A stretch of 64,000 bases of DNA from Chiloscyllium plagiosum (Eukaryota). Of the stretch, positions 24,401-37,650 are shown in pieces. How positions within the stretch are numbered: the stretch's first letter is position 1; every line of letters begins with the position of its first letter. The notes below the pieces were generated by a model. The model did no database searches, had not been told where the DNA came from, and saw only the letters and a list, made by a program, of their open reading frames with translations. The position numbers and the translations under genes are program-made. The stretch lies in NCBI RefSeq assembly GCF_004010195.1, contig NC_057718.1:48406278-48470277 (forward strand), in the 5' to 3' direction.

Positions 24401-25580
24401 GCTCTTATAGTCAATACCCGGTCCGATGAAGGCAAGCATACTATATGCCGCCTTGACCACTCTATCCGCCTGTGCAGCAACCTTCAGGGTATGATGGACC
24501 TGCACTCCCAGATCTCTCTGCCCATCAACTTTTCCCAAGGCTCTTCCGTTCATTGTCTAATTCGCTCTAGAATTAGTCTTGCCTAAATGCATGACCTCAC
24601 ATTTGTCTGGATTGAAATCCATCTGCCACTTTTCTGCCCAACTCTCCAGTCTATCTGTATCCTCCTGTATTCTTTGACAGTCCCTTATGCTCTCTGCTAC
24701 TCCACCAAGGGACACGTAGCATTGAGGAATATTGGAGGCTGCAGAAAGATTTGGACAGGTTAGGAGAGTGGGCAAAGAAGTGACAGATGAAGTACAACAT
24801 TGGAACATGTGAGGTCATGCACTTTGGTAGGAAGAATAGAGGCATGGACTATTTTCTAAATGGGGAGAAAATTCACAAGTCTGAAGTGCAAAGAGTCTTG
24901 GGAGTTCTAGTCCAGGATTCCCTCAATGTAAACTTGCAGGTTGATTCAGTAGTTCAGAAGGCAAATGCAATGATGGCATTTATTTTGAAAGGACTTGAAC
25001 ATAAAATCAGGGATGTACTTCTGAGGCTCTATTAGGCTCTGGTCAGGCCATATTTGGATATTGTGCACTGTTTTGGGCCTCCTTTCTCACAAAGTATGTA
25101 CTAGCCTGAAGCGTGTTCAGAGGAGGTTTACAAGACTGATCCCAGGAATGAAAAGCTTTAACATACGAGGAATGTTTGAGGACTCTGTCTTTCCTTGATG
25201 GTGTTTTAGAAGGATGAGGGCGAATCTAATTGAAACTTACCGAATACTGAATGGCCTGGACAAAGTGGATGTTGGGAAGATGTTTCCATTGGTAGGAGAG
25301 AGAAGAATCAGAGGGCACAGCCTTAAAGTAAGGGGAAGACCTTTTTAGAGGTAAAGGTAAACCTCTTCAGCAAAAGAGTAGGGAATCTATGGAATTCACT
25401 ATCAGTAGAAGGCTGTGGAGGCCAAGTCATTTAGTGTATTTAAGACTGAGATAGATAGGTATGATTTTCAATGGGATCCAGTTACGGGGAAATTGGAGAA
25501 ACTTATCAGCCATGATTGAATGGTGGAGCAGACTCGATGGGCTGCATGACCTAATTTCTGCACTTGTCTTATTGTCTTAA
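21500..25580 (+). mobile_element. CR1 LINE (ORF1 end + ORF2), with a nested minus CR1 at 23835-24708
   Basis: IISGLLPEP (ORF1), VPEDWRIANVTPLFKK..NYRPISLTSVVGK, PQGSVLGP and a 3' tail. Confidence 0.9.
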
Positions 25581-25667
25581 GGTTAGGGGAGGAATTTCTG
25601 AAATGTGTTCAGGTCGACTTTATTGACCAGCACTTTCTCCATACAGCTAAGGAGGGTTTTTTTTTAA

Positions 25668-25950
25668 AGATTAGATTGCTTACAGTGTGGAAACAGGCCC
25701 TTCGGCCCAACAAGTCCACACCGACCTGCCGAAGTGCAACCCACCCAGATCCATTTCCCTACATTTACCCCTTCACCTGAGGGCCAATTCACCTAACCTG
25801 CACGTTTTTGGACTGTGGGAGGAAACTGGGGCACCCAGAGGAAACCCACGCAGACACTGGGAGAATGTGCAAACTCCTGAGGCGGGAATTGAACCCAGGT
25901 CTCTGGCGCTGGGTGAGGCAGCACTGCTAACCACTGTGCCACCGTGCCAC
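25668..25950 (-). mobile_element. HE1-like V-SINE
   Basis: Same family, reverse orientation. Confidence 0.85.
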
Positions 25951-25959
25951 TGGTACTAG

Positions 25960-28330
25960 GTAATGTGCTACTTGGACCAACTGGTTGTGGAGCAACACTT
26001 GAATAAAAGTGAATTTATATTATAAGGTTTAGGTAAGTAACAGAGGAGAGCAAGGTACAAACTAAATCAACCTATTTTGGAAGAGTGCTAATTTAAATGG
26101 CATGAGTAGGGATGTAGCCAGGTAAAATGGAAACAAAGATCAACAAGCAAATCTGTCATGAACCTATGAGTCATTGTTAAACAAAGGAAGCTTTGGATAG
26201 AAACTATATTCCAAAAAGAGTGAAAGGTGGATCGACCCAACAGGGCTCCTTGGATGTCAAGTAAGGCAGAGAATGTGATAAGAAAAAGAGAAGGATGCAT
26301 GATGTTTGTTGGATGAATTCTTTAAGCAAGGACATTATGCTGAGAGGGGAGTCGAAGAGAACAATAAAATTGGCAAAGAGAGAATGGACTGGCAGAAACT
26401 AACAGCAAAAAGAATTCTAACATCTTCTACCAGACCGCAAATAAGAAGAGGATGGTAAGGGATAGGGTGGGTATATTAAGGAGAAACAGGATGTTGTATA
26501 CTTAGAGGCATAGGTCAAAGCTTGAATACTTAATGAGCACTTTGTATCTATTTTTATGAAGGAAGAGGATGCTGACAGAATATCACTGAGTAGATCAAGA
26601 TAGAAGTAATAGCCAGGTGAAAATTGACAGGCAAGGTCTATTGGAAAGGCTGCGAGTGTTTTAGAGTTGATAATTCACTTGGCCCACATGCCTTGTGGGT
26701 GTAGATATCACAAGAACTTGCCATATTATTCCAATATTCTAAAGTTGCTTGAGCAAGTAACAGAAATAACAAGCCTGAGGACTGCAACCAGTTTAGAATT
26801 TAGCAAATAAGCAAGGTATTAAGTGGGGGAAAGTGAAAAAACTTGCAAGAAACTTAAAAATGGATGGCAAAAGCTCCTGTAAGTGTGTTCAAAGATTAGT
26901 GAAGACAAATGTAGGATGCATATGCTCTGAAATGGGTGAAATTATAATGGAGAGCAATGAAATGGCAAAGCAATTAAGCAACAACTTTACTTTTGTCTTC
27001 ACAGAAGAGGACACAAATAGCTTCCCTAGCATTTCAGGGATGTTATAGAATATTGGGAAGGAGGTATTGGAGGAAATTAGTATCATTTTAAAAGAAAGTG
27101 GTTGAGGAATTAATGGTACTGAAACCTGATAAATCCTCTGGGTTTTATAATCTATATGGTAAGGTACTTAAGCAGCTGACTGTGGAAATAATGGGAGGAT
27201 TGCTTGTCATCTTTCAAAATTCTGTAGACTCTGGAACAGTCCTGGCATATTGGAGGGCAGCAAAGGTAATCCCATTATTTAAAAAAGGAGGGAGTGAGTA
27301 AATAGAATTAAGACCAGTTCGCCTATTGTAAAGAATGAGATAACAGAACGCTTAAATTCTCAACAGAATTGCAAAAAGTCAACATGGATTTATGAAAGAG
27401 AAATCATGTTTAAAAAACCTATTGGAGTTTTTTGAGAAAGTAATTCGTAGAATAGAAGATGAATGAGCGGGTATGGTGGTGTAATTGGATTTTCAGAAAG
27501 CTTTTGCTGAAGTTCCACGCAAGAGATGAATATGCAAAATCAAAACACACAGAATTTGGGAGTAAGATAATAGTACAGATTGAGAATTGGTTAGTGGTTA
27601 GGAAGTAGGAGTAAATAGGTTTTGTTTGGAATGGAAGGTGGTGACTAGTGGGGTTTAGTGAGTATCAGTACTTGGCCCCCACCTATTCACAATTTCTATC
27701 AATGGTTTTGGGTGAGGGAATCAAATTTTGGATTTCCATGTTTGTTGACAACATAAATCTAAGAGGGAATGAAGGTGTGAGGTGGATGTAAAGGGCGCTA
27801 AGGGCAATTTAGGCAAGTTGGCTGAATGGATAAGTTCGTGACTGTTGCAGTGCAATGTGATTATGTTCAGTTTCCCAATTTATAGGACAAGCAGAAAGGC
27901 AATGTATGATTTAAATAGTGATAGGTTGGGACATAGACGTACACCAGTCTCTGAAAGCAAGCACACTGGTGCACCAAGCCATTAGGAAAGAAAATTACAT
28001 GTTGGCCTTCATTGCAGGAGATTTTAAGTAGAGATGCAAAGAAGCCTTACCGCAGCTGTACAGAACCTTTGGACCTCACATGGAGTATGCAGTTTTGGTT
28101 TCCTTAAAGCAGAAAATATGTATATACCATAAAAGAAGTTACAGTGAAAACTGATTCCTCAGATAGTAAGTCTGTTATATGAAAAGGCTTTGGGTTGACT
28201 GGGCCTGTATTCACTGGAGCTTAGAAGAATGAGAGGGGATCACATTGAAATATATGAAATTCTGACAGGGCTGAACCAATTGGAAGTAGGAATGGTGATT
28301 TTCCCTGATTAGATGTCCACAGCAAGGACT
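25960..28330 (+). mobile_element. Old CR1 ORF2 remnants
   Basis: YWRAAKVIPLFKKG, SQHGF and other degraded RT motifs. Confidence 0.75.
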
Positions 28331-28559
28331 CTTTGACAAGCACTCATTGCCATTGTTTATAAAATGCTGAGCTGTTGCTGTTGATCAACAATTGTAGCCT
28401 TTCGAGAGAGGTGGCTACCAATGTATGGGAAGTGCATATTTCCACAGGCGCTACATCAGTCTATACAGGAAGTGTAGGATTTAGCTTACAACAGTGACTA
28501 TACTTCTCCAATGTGTTTTTTATTTGTCTGTAAAATATTTTCATAAAAGAATCCTGCAA

Positions 28560-28900
28560 TCATAGAATCCCTAGAGTGTGGAAGCAGTCCATCGAGTTCA
28601 CACCGACCCTCTGAAGGGCATCCCACTGAGAACCAGCCCCCACTCTATCCCTGTAACATTGCATTTCCCATGGCTTATCCACTTAACCTCTGCATCCCTG
28701 GACACTATGGACAGTTTAGCATGGCCAATCTACCTAACCTGCACATCTTTGGACTGTGGGAGGAAGTCTGAACTTCTGAAGGAAACCCATGTTGACATGG
28801 GGAGAATGTGCAAACTCTACACAGACAGTTGCCTTAGGCTAGAATTGGACCTGGTTTCCTAGCATTGTGAGGCAGTAGTGCTAACCACTGAGGCACTGCT
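28560..28900 (-). mobile_element. HE1-like V-SINE
   Basis: Same family, more diverged. Confidence 0.8.
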
Positions 28901-29167
28901 GTTTTGGGTATATTGAGGTTATAAAGTTAGCTATATAAATGGAGGTTCTTGCTTTTTGCTTCATAAATGGTTGAGGCATGCTTCTTATCTCACTTTAAGA
29001 AATAGAATGCAAACAATATATGTGAAATAGCCAAACCACAATTGCTGAGTCATTGTTTAAAATGAAATCTTTAGTGAGAATTGTCTCAAAATAAGCATCT
29101 GGAAATATTAGGCATCCATTGAACAATGTATGAAAAATTCACTCAAAGTGACAGCCACTTAAATTCT

Positions 29168-29330
29168 GGTTAAAAATCACATAGCACCAGGATATAGTCC
29201 AACAGGTTTATTTGGAAGCACTAACTTTCAGAGCTAGTGCTTCCAAATAAACCTGTTGGGCCATAACCTAGTGTAGTGTGATTTTTAACTTTGTACACCC
29301 CAGTACAACACCAGCGTCTCCAAATCATGA
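29168..29330. mobile_element. Family A palindromic Penelope derivative with the hammerhead core deleted
   Basis: Arms match 2792-2951. The centre is reduced to ctaactttcagagctagtg. Confidence 0.75.
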
Positions 29331-30529
29331 CTTAAATTCTGAGCACTCACGTCATTTCTTTTTGTTGGTTTGCAGCAGTTTAATTTCCTTTCCCATTGTG
29401 AATGCTTTGAAAGAAATTCTTTGTTGTTATGATCCCAGCTGATGGTAATACTGGACAAGAGGCATTGTGAGTCAATCTACGGCATGAGGACTGCAGCTCT
29501 TAAAGAAGGCAGCTCGCTACTACGATCTCAAAGGCAGTCAGGGCTGTGGAATAAGTGCTGGCTCGCCAGCAGTATCCACATCACATGAGAGAATAAAAGT
29601 CAAATATGAGTGGAAGCTGGTCTTGTAGACTATTATTTTTGTCAGCTGGTTCTGTTCATGATTTACATAACCATGGCTGATTATCCAACAAGGTATCTTG
29701 TTCCCACTTTACTCCCATACCTTTTGATCCCTTTAGCCCTAAGGATGATATCTGACTCCTCGTTGGAAGCATTCAGTGTTCTTGCCTCAACTGCTTTCTG
29801 TGGTAGAGAATTCCACAGGCTCTTCAAGAAGAAATTTCTCCTCACCTCAGTCCTGAATGGCTTCCTAAATTGATCCTTAGTCCTAGACTCTCCAGTCATC
29901 AAGGACATCTTCCTTGCACTTATCCTGTTTAGTCCTCTTAGGATTTTATAGGGTTCTATTAGATCGCACCCAGCCCCAGCCCCCCCCCCCCCACCCCAAT
30001 GTTCTTCTAAACTCCAATGGGTCGTGCTATCCCAGGAATCAGTCTGACAAATCTACCTTTCACTCCGTACATGTCCGGAACATCTTTCCTCAGGTAAGAC
30101 GACCGGAATTATGCGCAATACTCCAGGTATAGATATGTTCTAATCAACCTGTTCAAAATTATTACTTACCTCTGGAGCAGGTGGGACTTGAACCCTCCTG
30201 GGTCAGATGCAGGGACATTATCACTGCACCACCAGATCCCTCAGGAATGCCCTGTACAACTGCAGCAAGACATCCCTGCTTCTGTACTCTAATCTTCTCA
30301 CTATAAAGCCAACATACCATTTGCTTTCTTACTAACTGCTACACCTTGCATGCTTGTTTTAAGTGACTCGTGTACAAGGACTCCATGCCCCTTCCTTGAT
30401 TCGAATACTATCCATAATTTCCCTTTTCAGCCATAGTTAGGCCACCTTTCTTGTTTTATGCCAGGTAGGAATGAATAATTATTGCGGTTCATCAGTAGCT
30501 TCTTAAATGTTTACCTTGGCTTCTCCACT

Positions 30530-30876
30530 AGGAGAAAGTGAGGACTGCAGATGCTGGCGATCAGCGGGGAGACAGGCCGCCTACTTGCGGAACGTTTCAG
30601 AGAACACCTCTGGGACACCCGCACCAACCAACCTAACCGCCCCGTGGCTGAACACTTTAACTCCCCCTCCCACTCCGCCAAGGACATGCAGGTCCTGGGC
30701 CTCCTCCATCGCCAGACCATGGCAACACGACGCCAGGAGGAAGAGCGCCTCATCTTCCGCCTAGGAACTGTCCAACCGCAAGGGATGAATGCAGATTTCT
30801 CCAGCTTCCTCATTCTCCTGCTCCTTGGATGCTGCCTGACCAGCTGCGCTTTTCCAGCAACACATTTTTCAGCTCT
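30530..30876 (+). mobile_element. Penelope-like element fragment (GIY-YIG C-terminus)
   Basis: GETGRLLAERFREHL...VAEHFNSPSHSAKDMQV...EERLIFRLGT.QP.GMN.DF, with an inverted 5' pseudo-LTR piece. Confidence 0.88.
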
Positions 30877-32783
30877 TGGCTTCTCCACTGTCATCCCCTT
30901 AATTAACTTTCTCCAATTTACCATCGCCAACTTACACTTTGTATCATTGTAATTTCCTTTTTATTTACATTCAGGACATTAAATTCAGTATATTTAAGAC
31001 AAATTTGGAAGTACCTTGAAAGGCAAAAAGACATATTCATCTCTTCTCTGTAATATCCTTTAACAGAATATCAACCTTGAAGTATCACTCCTATGTTCAC
31101 TTTAATATTTCTTACTGATGCTGAGTGTAGTAAGTATTTCTGTTTGGCTACTTTCTTCACATTTACCAAGTGTGATTCACTCCATTACTGTCTCGCCCCA
31201 AGATACACAGACTAACTCAGTTACTTTTATTTGATTTTTGACTACTTTGAAGCTGTTAAAACAGCTTAAGCCCCCCCTCCAGCTCAGTTGGCCTGAGCTT
31301 CCACAAGCTGACAACTGGCTTCTGTTGGAATTGATCTTTTCTTCTGAACTCAACCTTCTTGCTGTAGATTGGGAAAGTACAAATTCCACCAGCTGGCTTG
31401 GATCATTTAATTAAAATTACATTAATTTATTTTGAAAAGGCTGTTTTTCATCACTGTTCTAAATTACTTTCTGATCCTTTCTTTTAAAAGTAACAGATCA
31501 GAACTTTTCAGTACTGTAAACCAAAACCCCATTTACCTTCTCCTTTCAAATCCAAGTTCTCAAAAATAATTTTAATATGTTATGAACTTTCATCACAACG
31601 TGTCGAAACTTAGCATTGATGGGATGATTTCATGCCTTAATCTTTTAACTGCATCACATGAAATAGTGGATTATTTTCTGTGAGGATCAATAGGGTGACT
31701 GAGATTAGACAAAATTATTTGCAAGGAAGATGGGAGGTAATTTATTAGAAGGGGGATGGAGAGCCTCCCATTGCTGTAAGGGCAATACTGGAGTAGCTTA
31801 CAGAGGAACTGCAGTTAGCACTTTGGAAACTAAAGGAAGATGAATAAGCTTACTTTTTTGAAGAAAGCTTAGTATTGGTGATGAATTGGATCTGGTGTAA
31901 ACTTGTACTGATTTGCTGAATAATGAGAAAGAATGAGGTGTACGCTATGTATTTCTGTTTATTGGTTAGGATATTTGTCAAGAGCTCTGCATTTAGGAGC
32001 CTTTCTTTATCCAGTAAATGAGATGGAAAACAAATTATTGTGAAGGCTTCTTTCTTAGGGGAAGAGTAACAAATAGACAAAGTGAGTATTTATTTTCATG
32101 AGTGATGGAGCTGACAATCCAGAAACTCAAAATTTGTGTCACTCATTGTTTTGTTAATTTCTTTTAGCGCTGACAGAATAATTTAGAGAAATATGTGAAA
32201 ATGATCTATAGAGGAGTAAAGTTCAAGAGAGTGGAAGTTATGCTTGTTTAGGCACGTTGTTCATTTGGTTGAGAAAGATTATGTTCAAAACCGGGAAAGA
32301 TACTTCAAAATCTGAATTTCATGCCTGAGCCTGCGGAACTGAGTATGATCTTTATTATGGGAATATTAATTATATCAAAGGATATATTACATTGCTTGAC
32401 AGGTTGATTGTAAGAACCTCTACATGATTGAGTATTCCCATAAGTGACAAAACCAAATTTGCCCCACAAGCTATTTAATCATATCTAGACTGAGTGTCTT
32501 GATATAGTTGCATCCACTCAAATCAGCATTTTGTCTGACTAACGCAGCACCAGGGTGAAAGAATGTGTTTGACATAGAAATTTGCAAATGTGGCATCATA
32601 CCAAATCACTTCCTTTAATCCTATCTAGTTTTAAATTGAATTTACTTTTCCCTCCATGGGAGGCTGTACTAAAGAAAACTGACATGCTGTTTCATGGCTC
32701 TTCAAGCCTATAACCTGTGCGAGAATATTTATTTTAACTGAACCCAAGATCTTCTAATAAGTGTATTTTTTTTAATCTTCTAG

Positions 32784-32957
32784 GCAATGGCTTATAGTTG
32801 ATGAGAAGTGGCATATGATTACTGGTAGGGTAGAGCCTACATTGGTGCTGGTCTCTGTATCCAGTGAAAATGGCTTTCTATGTCTTAATGCCCCGGGCAT
32901 GGAAGAGCTGAGAGTTCCTTTGAAGTTGCCTAAGTCAAATCCTGTAAAGATGTGCAG
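32784..32957 (+). CDS. MTARC1/2: mARC exon 2 (174 nt)
   Basis: Acceptor ttttaatcttctag|G. Translates (R)QWLIVDEKWHMITGRVEPTLVLVSVSSENGFLCLNAPGMEELRVPLKLPKSNPVKMC(R). Donor AG|gtaact. Phase is compatible with exons 1 and 3. Confidence 0.95.
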
Positions 32958-33565
32958 GTAACTGATTCTGAACTTTTCATATTTCTGTGTCAAAGATTGT
33001 GTTTACAACTGCCAAATCTGACTAAATGGTATATGCTTTGGTGCTTTCTTCAAAGGAATCATTAAGCAGACTTATCAGTTATGAACTTTTTAAGGAAAAA
33101 GAAAAACACTTAATACAGAAGTGGACTTTGCTGTGTAGTGAGTTAGATTGTTTTCCTCCAAGCAATTTGTTCTTAATCTCTACCCTGAACTTTAATCTAG
33201 GTAAAAGTTCGTATAAGCTGGAACATGGTGTATGTTTAAAAATATTTTTATAACTGATTAATTGTGCTTGATTTTATGCCTCAGTTGGATAAGATTTGCA
33301 TATCCTAAAACCATTAGGTATTTTTAACTGCAACAGCATCAACAGAGATGACACAAATGGCAGGTGTTAAAATGAAGAGCCTCACCATCGGGGGGTGGGG
33401 GGGGGAAAGTGTGGTAAAAAAAGTCATGTAAAGGAGTGGGTTACAATCTGACTATATTATAGTGCAACAGAAGACTAAATTCTGGCTCATGAACATAGTT
33501 GCCTGCACCCACTCCGAATGGGAGTACCAGACAATTTTAATCTTGAAACAGTGTAGATGTGTTGC

Positions 33566-34977
33566 TTCTTTATGTTGTTCTTTCAAAACTGCCATCATTA
33601 CCATTTGACAAAATACAAAGTTTTTGGACAAATCCATCCCCTCTCCCTCTGACCTCCTTTCTAGTTGACATTGTCTGCCATCTTCATGCTCACATTGTTT
33701 CAAACTCGTGTATCAGTTTCTTTTTAATGTTTCTTGTTTGTTTGGAACATTAAGAACATTATGGTACACTTCAGCTGATTTTTGAATTCCTAACCTCAGC
33801 CCAAACTACCTCAGATGGCAAGTCCTCATCCATCACTTCAGCTGATTTTTGATGGTGAAACACAAGTGGATGAGCTGTGAAATAGAATTTGATCACATTT
33901 ATTTCTGTATTGACAGGTGGGTGAAAATATCACTGGTAATTTATGCAGCTTTCCTTGAATTTCAAAAAGAAAATCTTCACAAGAAGATTTACACATAGGG
34001 ATCAAAGAAATTATTAACTGAAGATAGTATTAGATAAAACTAATTTCTATTACTCCTTTTTTTTTTAAAAGAGTATGGGGATGCAATATAGAAGGTAGAG
34101 ATTGTGGTGATGAAGCTGCCAATTGGATTACTACGTACTTAAAAAATAGCAAGGCCTTCCGACTGGTGTGCTATGAACCTTCCATGCGACCAAGATATCC
34201 AAAAGAAAAGGAGCCACTTTTCGTGGAGAAAGACATGGTAATTTGCTACAGTTCATGGCATAGCTTTGACATGTATAATGAAATAACAATATTTTAAACA
34301 TTACATTCATCTTATTGGAAATAAGGAATAATTTGAATTATTCAATTCAAGTACTCCAGTCTTTGAGGAAATTTGCAATTAAGTTTCTACCTCTACCAGT
34401 CTGGGATCAGCTGTTAAATGATGCATGAGAATGTGAGCTTCTGCTTGCTTGGTCTTTAGCTTCACCCTCAAGCACTGCTCTCCAGTACTAGGTCTGCAAG
34501 CGGGAGCTCACCTTGGAGAATTGTCAGTGTTACGCAACACTGGGCAGTTATGTCGGTTCACTTTTGATTGTAATCAAAAATTGCTTGTTTAATGTGAGAG
34601 ATATGTCATCACTTTGAAATGATAAATCTTAATACTTTAACTTGTAATCTCGGATATCACTTAAAGGGCTAATGTTTAATTGTGTGTCAGGTTTCATTGC
34701 TTTGTTCCTCTCTGAAGGAGGGAATTCAATAATCCTGCATGCAACCATTTCTTTACGTTGCTCTTTCAAAACTGCCGTCATTATCCTTTCACAAAATAAA
34801 AACTTTTTGGACGAATCCATCCCCTCTCCCTCTGACCTCCTTTCTATTCTCCCCTCCCTGCTTTATTCCCTTGTAGTTGGCATTGTCTGCCAACTTCATG
34901 CTCACATTGTTTGGAACTCGTGTATCAGTTTCTTTTTAATGTTTCTTGTTTGCTTGGAACACTGAGAACATTATGGT
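33566..34977 (+). repeat. About 200-230 bp direct repeat pair (33566-33765 and 34749-34977) flanking exon 3
   Basis: Shared blocks such as aatccatcccctctccctctgacctcctttcta and aactcgtgtatcagtttctttttaatgtttcttgtttg. Confidence 0.9.
34072..34237 (+). CDS. MTARC1/2: mARC exon 3 (166 nt)
   Basis: Poly-T tract then aaaag|A. Translates (R)VWGCNIEGRDCGDEAANWITTYLKNSKAFRLVCYEPSMRPRYPKEKEPLFVEKDM, including the GRDCG motif. Donor ATG|gtaatt, phase 0. Confidence 0.95.
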
Positions 34978-35499
34978 TAAAGCCCGAAATGAGGACTGTT
35001 GTCAAACACTATTTTCCCTTGAACTAGACCTCTCCATGGTATGGCATGGTATAGCATCATCAACCATAATCATTTGCAATTCCTGTCATGGTTTCACCCC
35101 CAGGCTCTGAAATTTCCTAGGGCTCTTTTCTAAATGTCATTATATGCATGGGAAGAACTTCCATGTTTATACTATAGTAATGATATCCTGTGTTACATCT
35201 CTACTGTTTCCCTTTGCTCCATGAAAATCTCTTTTGTCATATGGCCTGTCTTACATTATCATTGGATAAGTTCGAATTTCCTAGCTAAAATTAAGGAAAA
35301 CCAAAAGCATTGGTTCAATTGTACTAAAATCTTTGCTACCGACCCTATCCCTCTCATTGCCTTCTCAAGCTAAGTCAGGCAGAACACAAAAACCTCAGTG
35401 CTCAGTTTACCTCAACTGAATTTCAAAGCTGTTTTTCCCTATCTTGCATCCACTGCTACCTCACACTTACACTGTTTTTGAATCCCTTGATATAACCTA

Positions 35500-37650
35500 G
35501 GAACATAGAAGATAAGAGCAGGAGTAGTCATTTGACCCTTTGACCCAGCTTTACCATTCATTATGATCATGACTGATCGTCGAGATCAATGCCCTAGTCC
35601 CACCTTTCCCAGTATCCCTTGATTGAAGAACTATATTTACCTCCTCCTTCAAAACAAAGCTTTGGCCTCAAACACTTTCTGTGGTAGTGAATTCCACAAG
35701 CTCTTGATTCATGGTTCAAGAATGGTCAATATTCCTCTTTTCCCCCCCACCCCCTTACCATTTGGAGCATCCTTCCTGCATCTGACCTATCTAGTCCTGT
35801 TAGAAGTTTATAGGTTTCTGAGATTTTCCATTCTCCCTCCACCCAGCTCCAATCCTACATTCTTCTAAACTCCAGTGAGTACAATCCTAACTGACTCAAA
35901 CTGTTCTCATATGGCAGTCGTGCCATTCCAGGAGTTAATTTGGTAAAATTCTGCTGCACTCCCTGTATAGCAAAAACATCCTTGCTCAGATAAGGAGACC
36001 AAAACTGAACACAATATTCCAGATATGACCTCAACAATGCCCTGTATAATTGCAGCAAGACCTCTTGTAGACCTCAGCGGAATTCTGTTGTGTGAAGATC
36101 ATCACAGTTTGCCTTTAGTGCCTGCTGCACCTGCATGCTGACTTTCAGACTGGTGCATGAGGACACCCAGAACTTATTGAACATTCATCTCTCTCATTTT
36201 ACATTCAAATAATAATCTACATTGCTGTTTTTGCTACCAAAGTAGCTAACCTGATTTGTCCATGTTATAATGTATTTGCCATGCATTTGCCCACTCAACC
36301 AGTCCATATCACACTGCAATATCTCTGCATCATCCTCACAGTTCACCCTTCTACCCAGGTTGTGTCATCTGCAAAGTTTGAGATATTACATTTAGTTCCC
36401 TCATCTAAATCATTAATATATATGTTGTGACCCTAACCCTATCCGTAGCCGGGGCGTTAGTAGCAAACCCCATGATATCCAATGAGTTACTGCCTGCCAT
36501 TCAAAAAAAAGCATTTATTCCTATTCTGTTTCCTGTCTGCTAATCGATTTTCTATCCATCTTCATACACTACCACACCACCCCAGTCCCATGCAATTTAT
36601 GTTTACACATTAATGTCTTTTGGACTTTCAAAGGACATTCAACAAATAAACCACATCCACTGTCTCCCCTGATCAATGCTATTACACCCTTGAAGAATTC
36701 CAGTAGATTTGTCAAGCATGATTACCGTTTTGTAAATCCATGCTGACCATGTCTGATTGCACTATTGTTTTCGAAGTGTTTTGCTACAAAACATTTGATG
36801 ATGGGCTCTAGCATCTTCACCACTACTGACTGATCTATAATTCCCTGTTTTCTCTCAACCTCTCTTTTTAAATGGTAAGGTTACGCTAGTTAGCCTCCAA
36901 TCTGTAGGAACTGTTCTAGAGTCTGAAGAATTTTGAAGGATGACTGAAGTAATTCTACAGAGACTCTTATCCCATCACCAAGTCACCCTTATTTACATGG
37001 GGAGAGTCCTTGACACTGATCCAGCTTCCAGAGTGAACATGATGTCTGACACTCTTGTTCTAATCTGTCAGCCAGGGCTCCCTGATTGGGGCTGTTAATC
37101 TGGTCTAATTGGGGAACACACATTCTATGAGATCCCACCTGCCTTGTCACAATCACTACAATGACCACAAGTGCATCCATTATTTCTAGGGCCACTTCCT
37201 GAAGTACTCTGGGATGTCGATTAATAGGCTGTGGGGACTTATTAGTCTTCAATCCCATTAATTTCTCCAATACTATTTCTCTACCAGTGCAGATTTTCTT
37301 CAGTTCTTTTTTCAATAAGTCCATCATTTCTGGTACATTATTTGTATCTTTCTTGGTGAAAATGGAAGCAAAGTGTGAATTTAGTTTGTTAGCCATTTTT
37401 GATTTCCATTATAAATTCCCCCATTTCTGGCTCAAAGGGATCTACATTAGGTTTCATCAATCTTTTTCTTTTTACCTACCTATCGAAACTTTTACAGTTA
37501 GTTCTTACGTTTGCACTCGTACTCTATTTTCCCTATCTTAAACAATGCCTTGGTTCTCCTATGACCTCTGAGCTGTTCCCAGTCCTTAGGTCTGTTGGAT
37601 TATTCTTGCCAGTTTGTATGCCTGTGTTTTGCATCGAATACTATTTCTAA
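35500..37650 (-). mobile_element. CR1 LINE remnant
   Basis: Minus [19 protein letters not shown] and LNSHFASIFTK..HPRVLQEVA. Confidence 0.85.
36945..37160 (-). mobile_element. Short solo LTR (216 bp)
   Basis: TGAAGTAATT...AATCACTACA termini and an exact 5-bp TSD ATGAC (36940-44 / 37161-65), inside a CR1. Confidence 0.75.
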
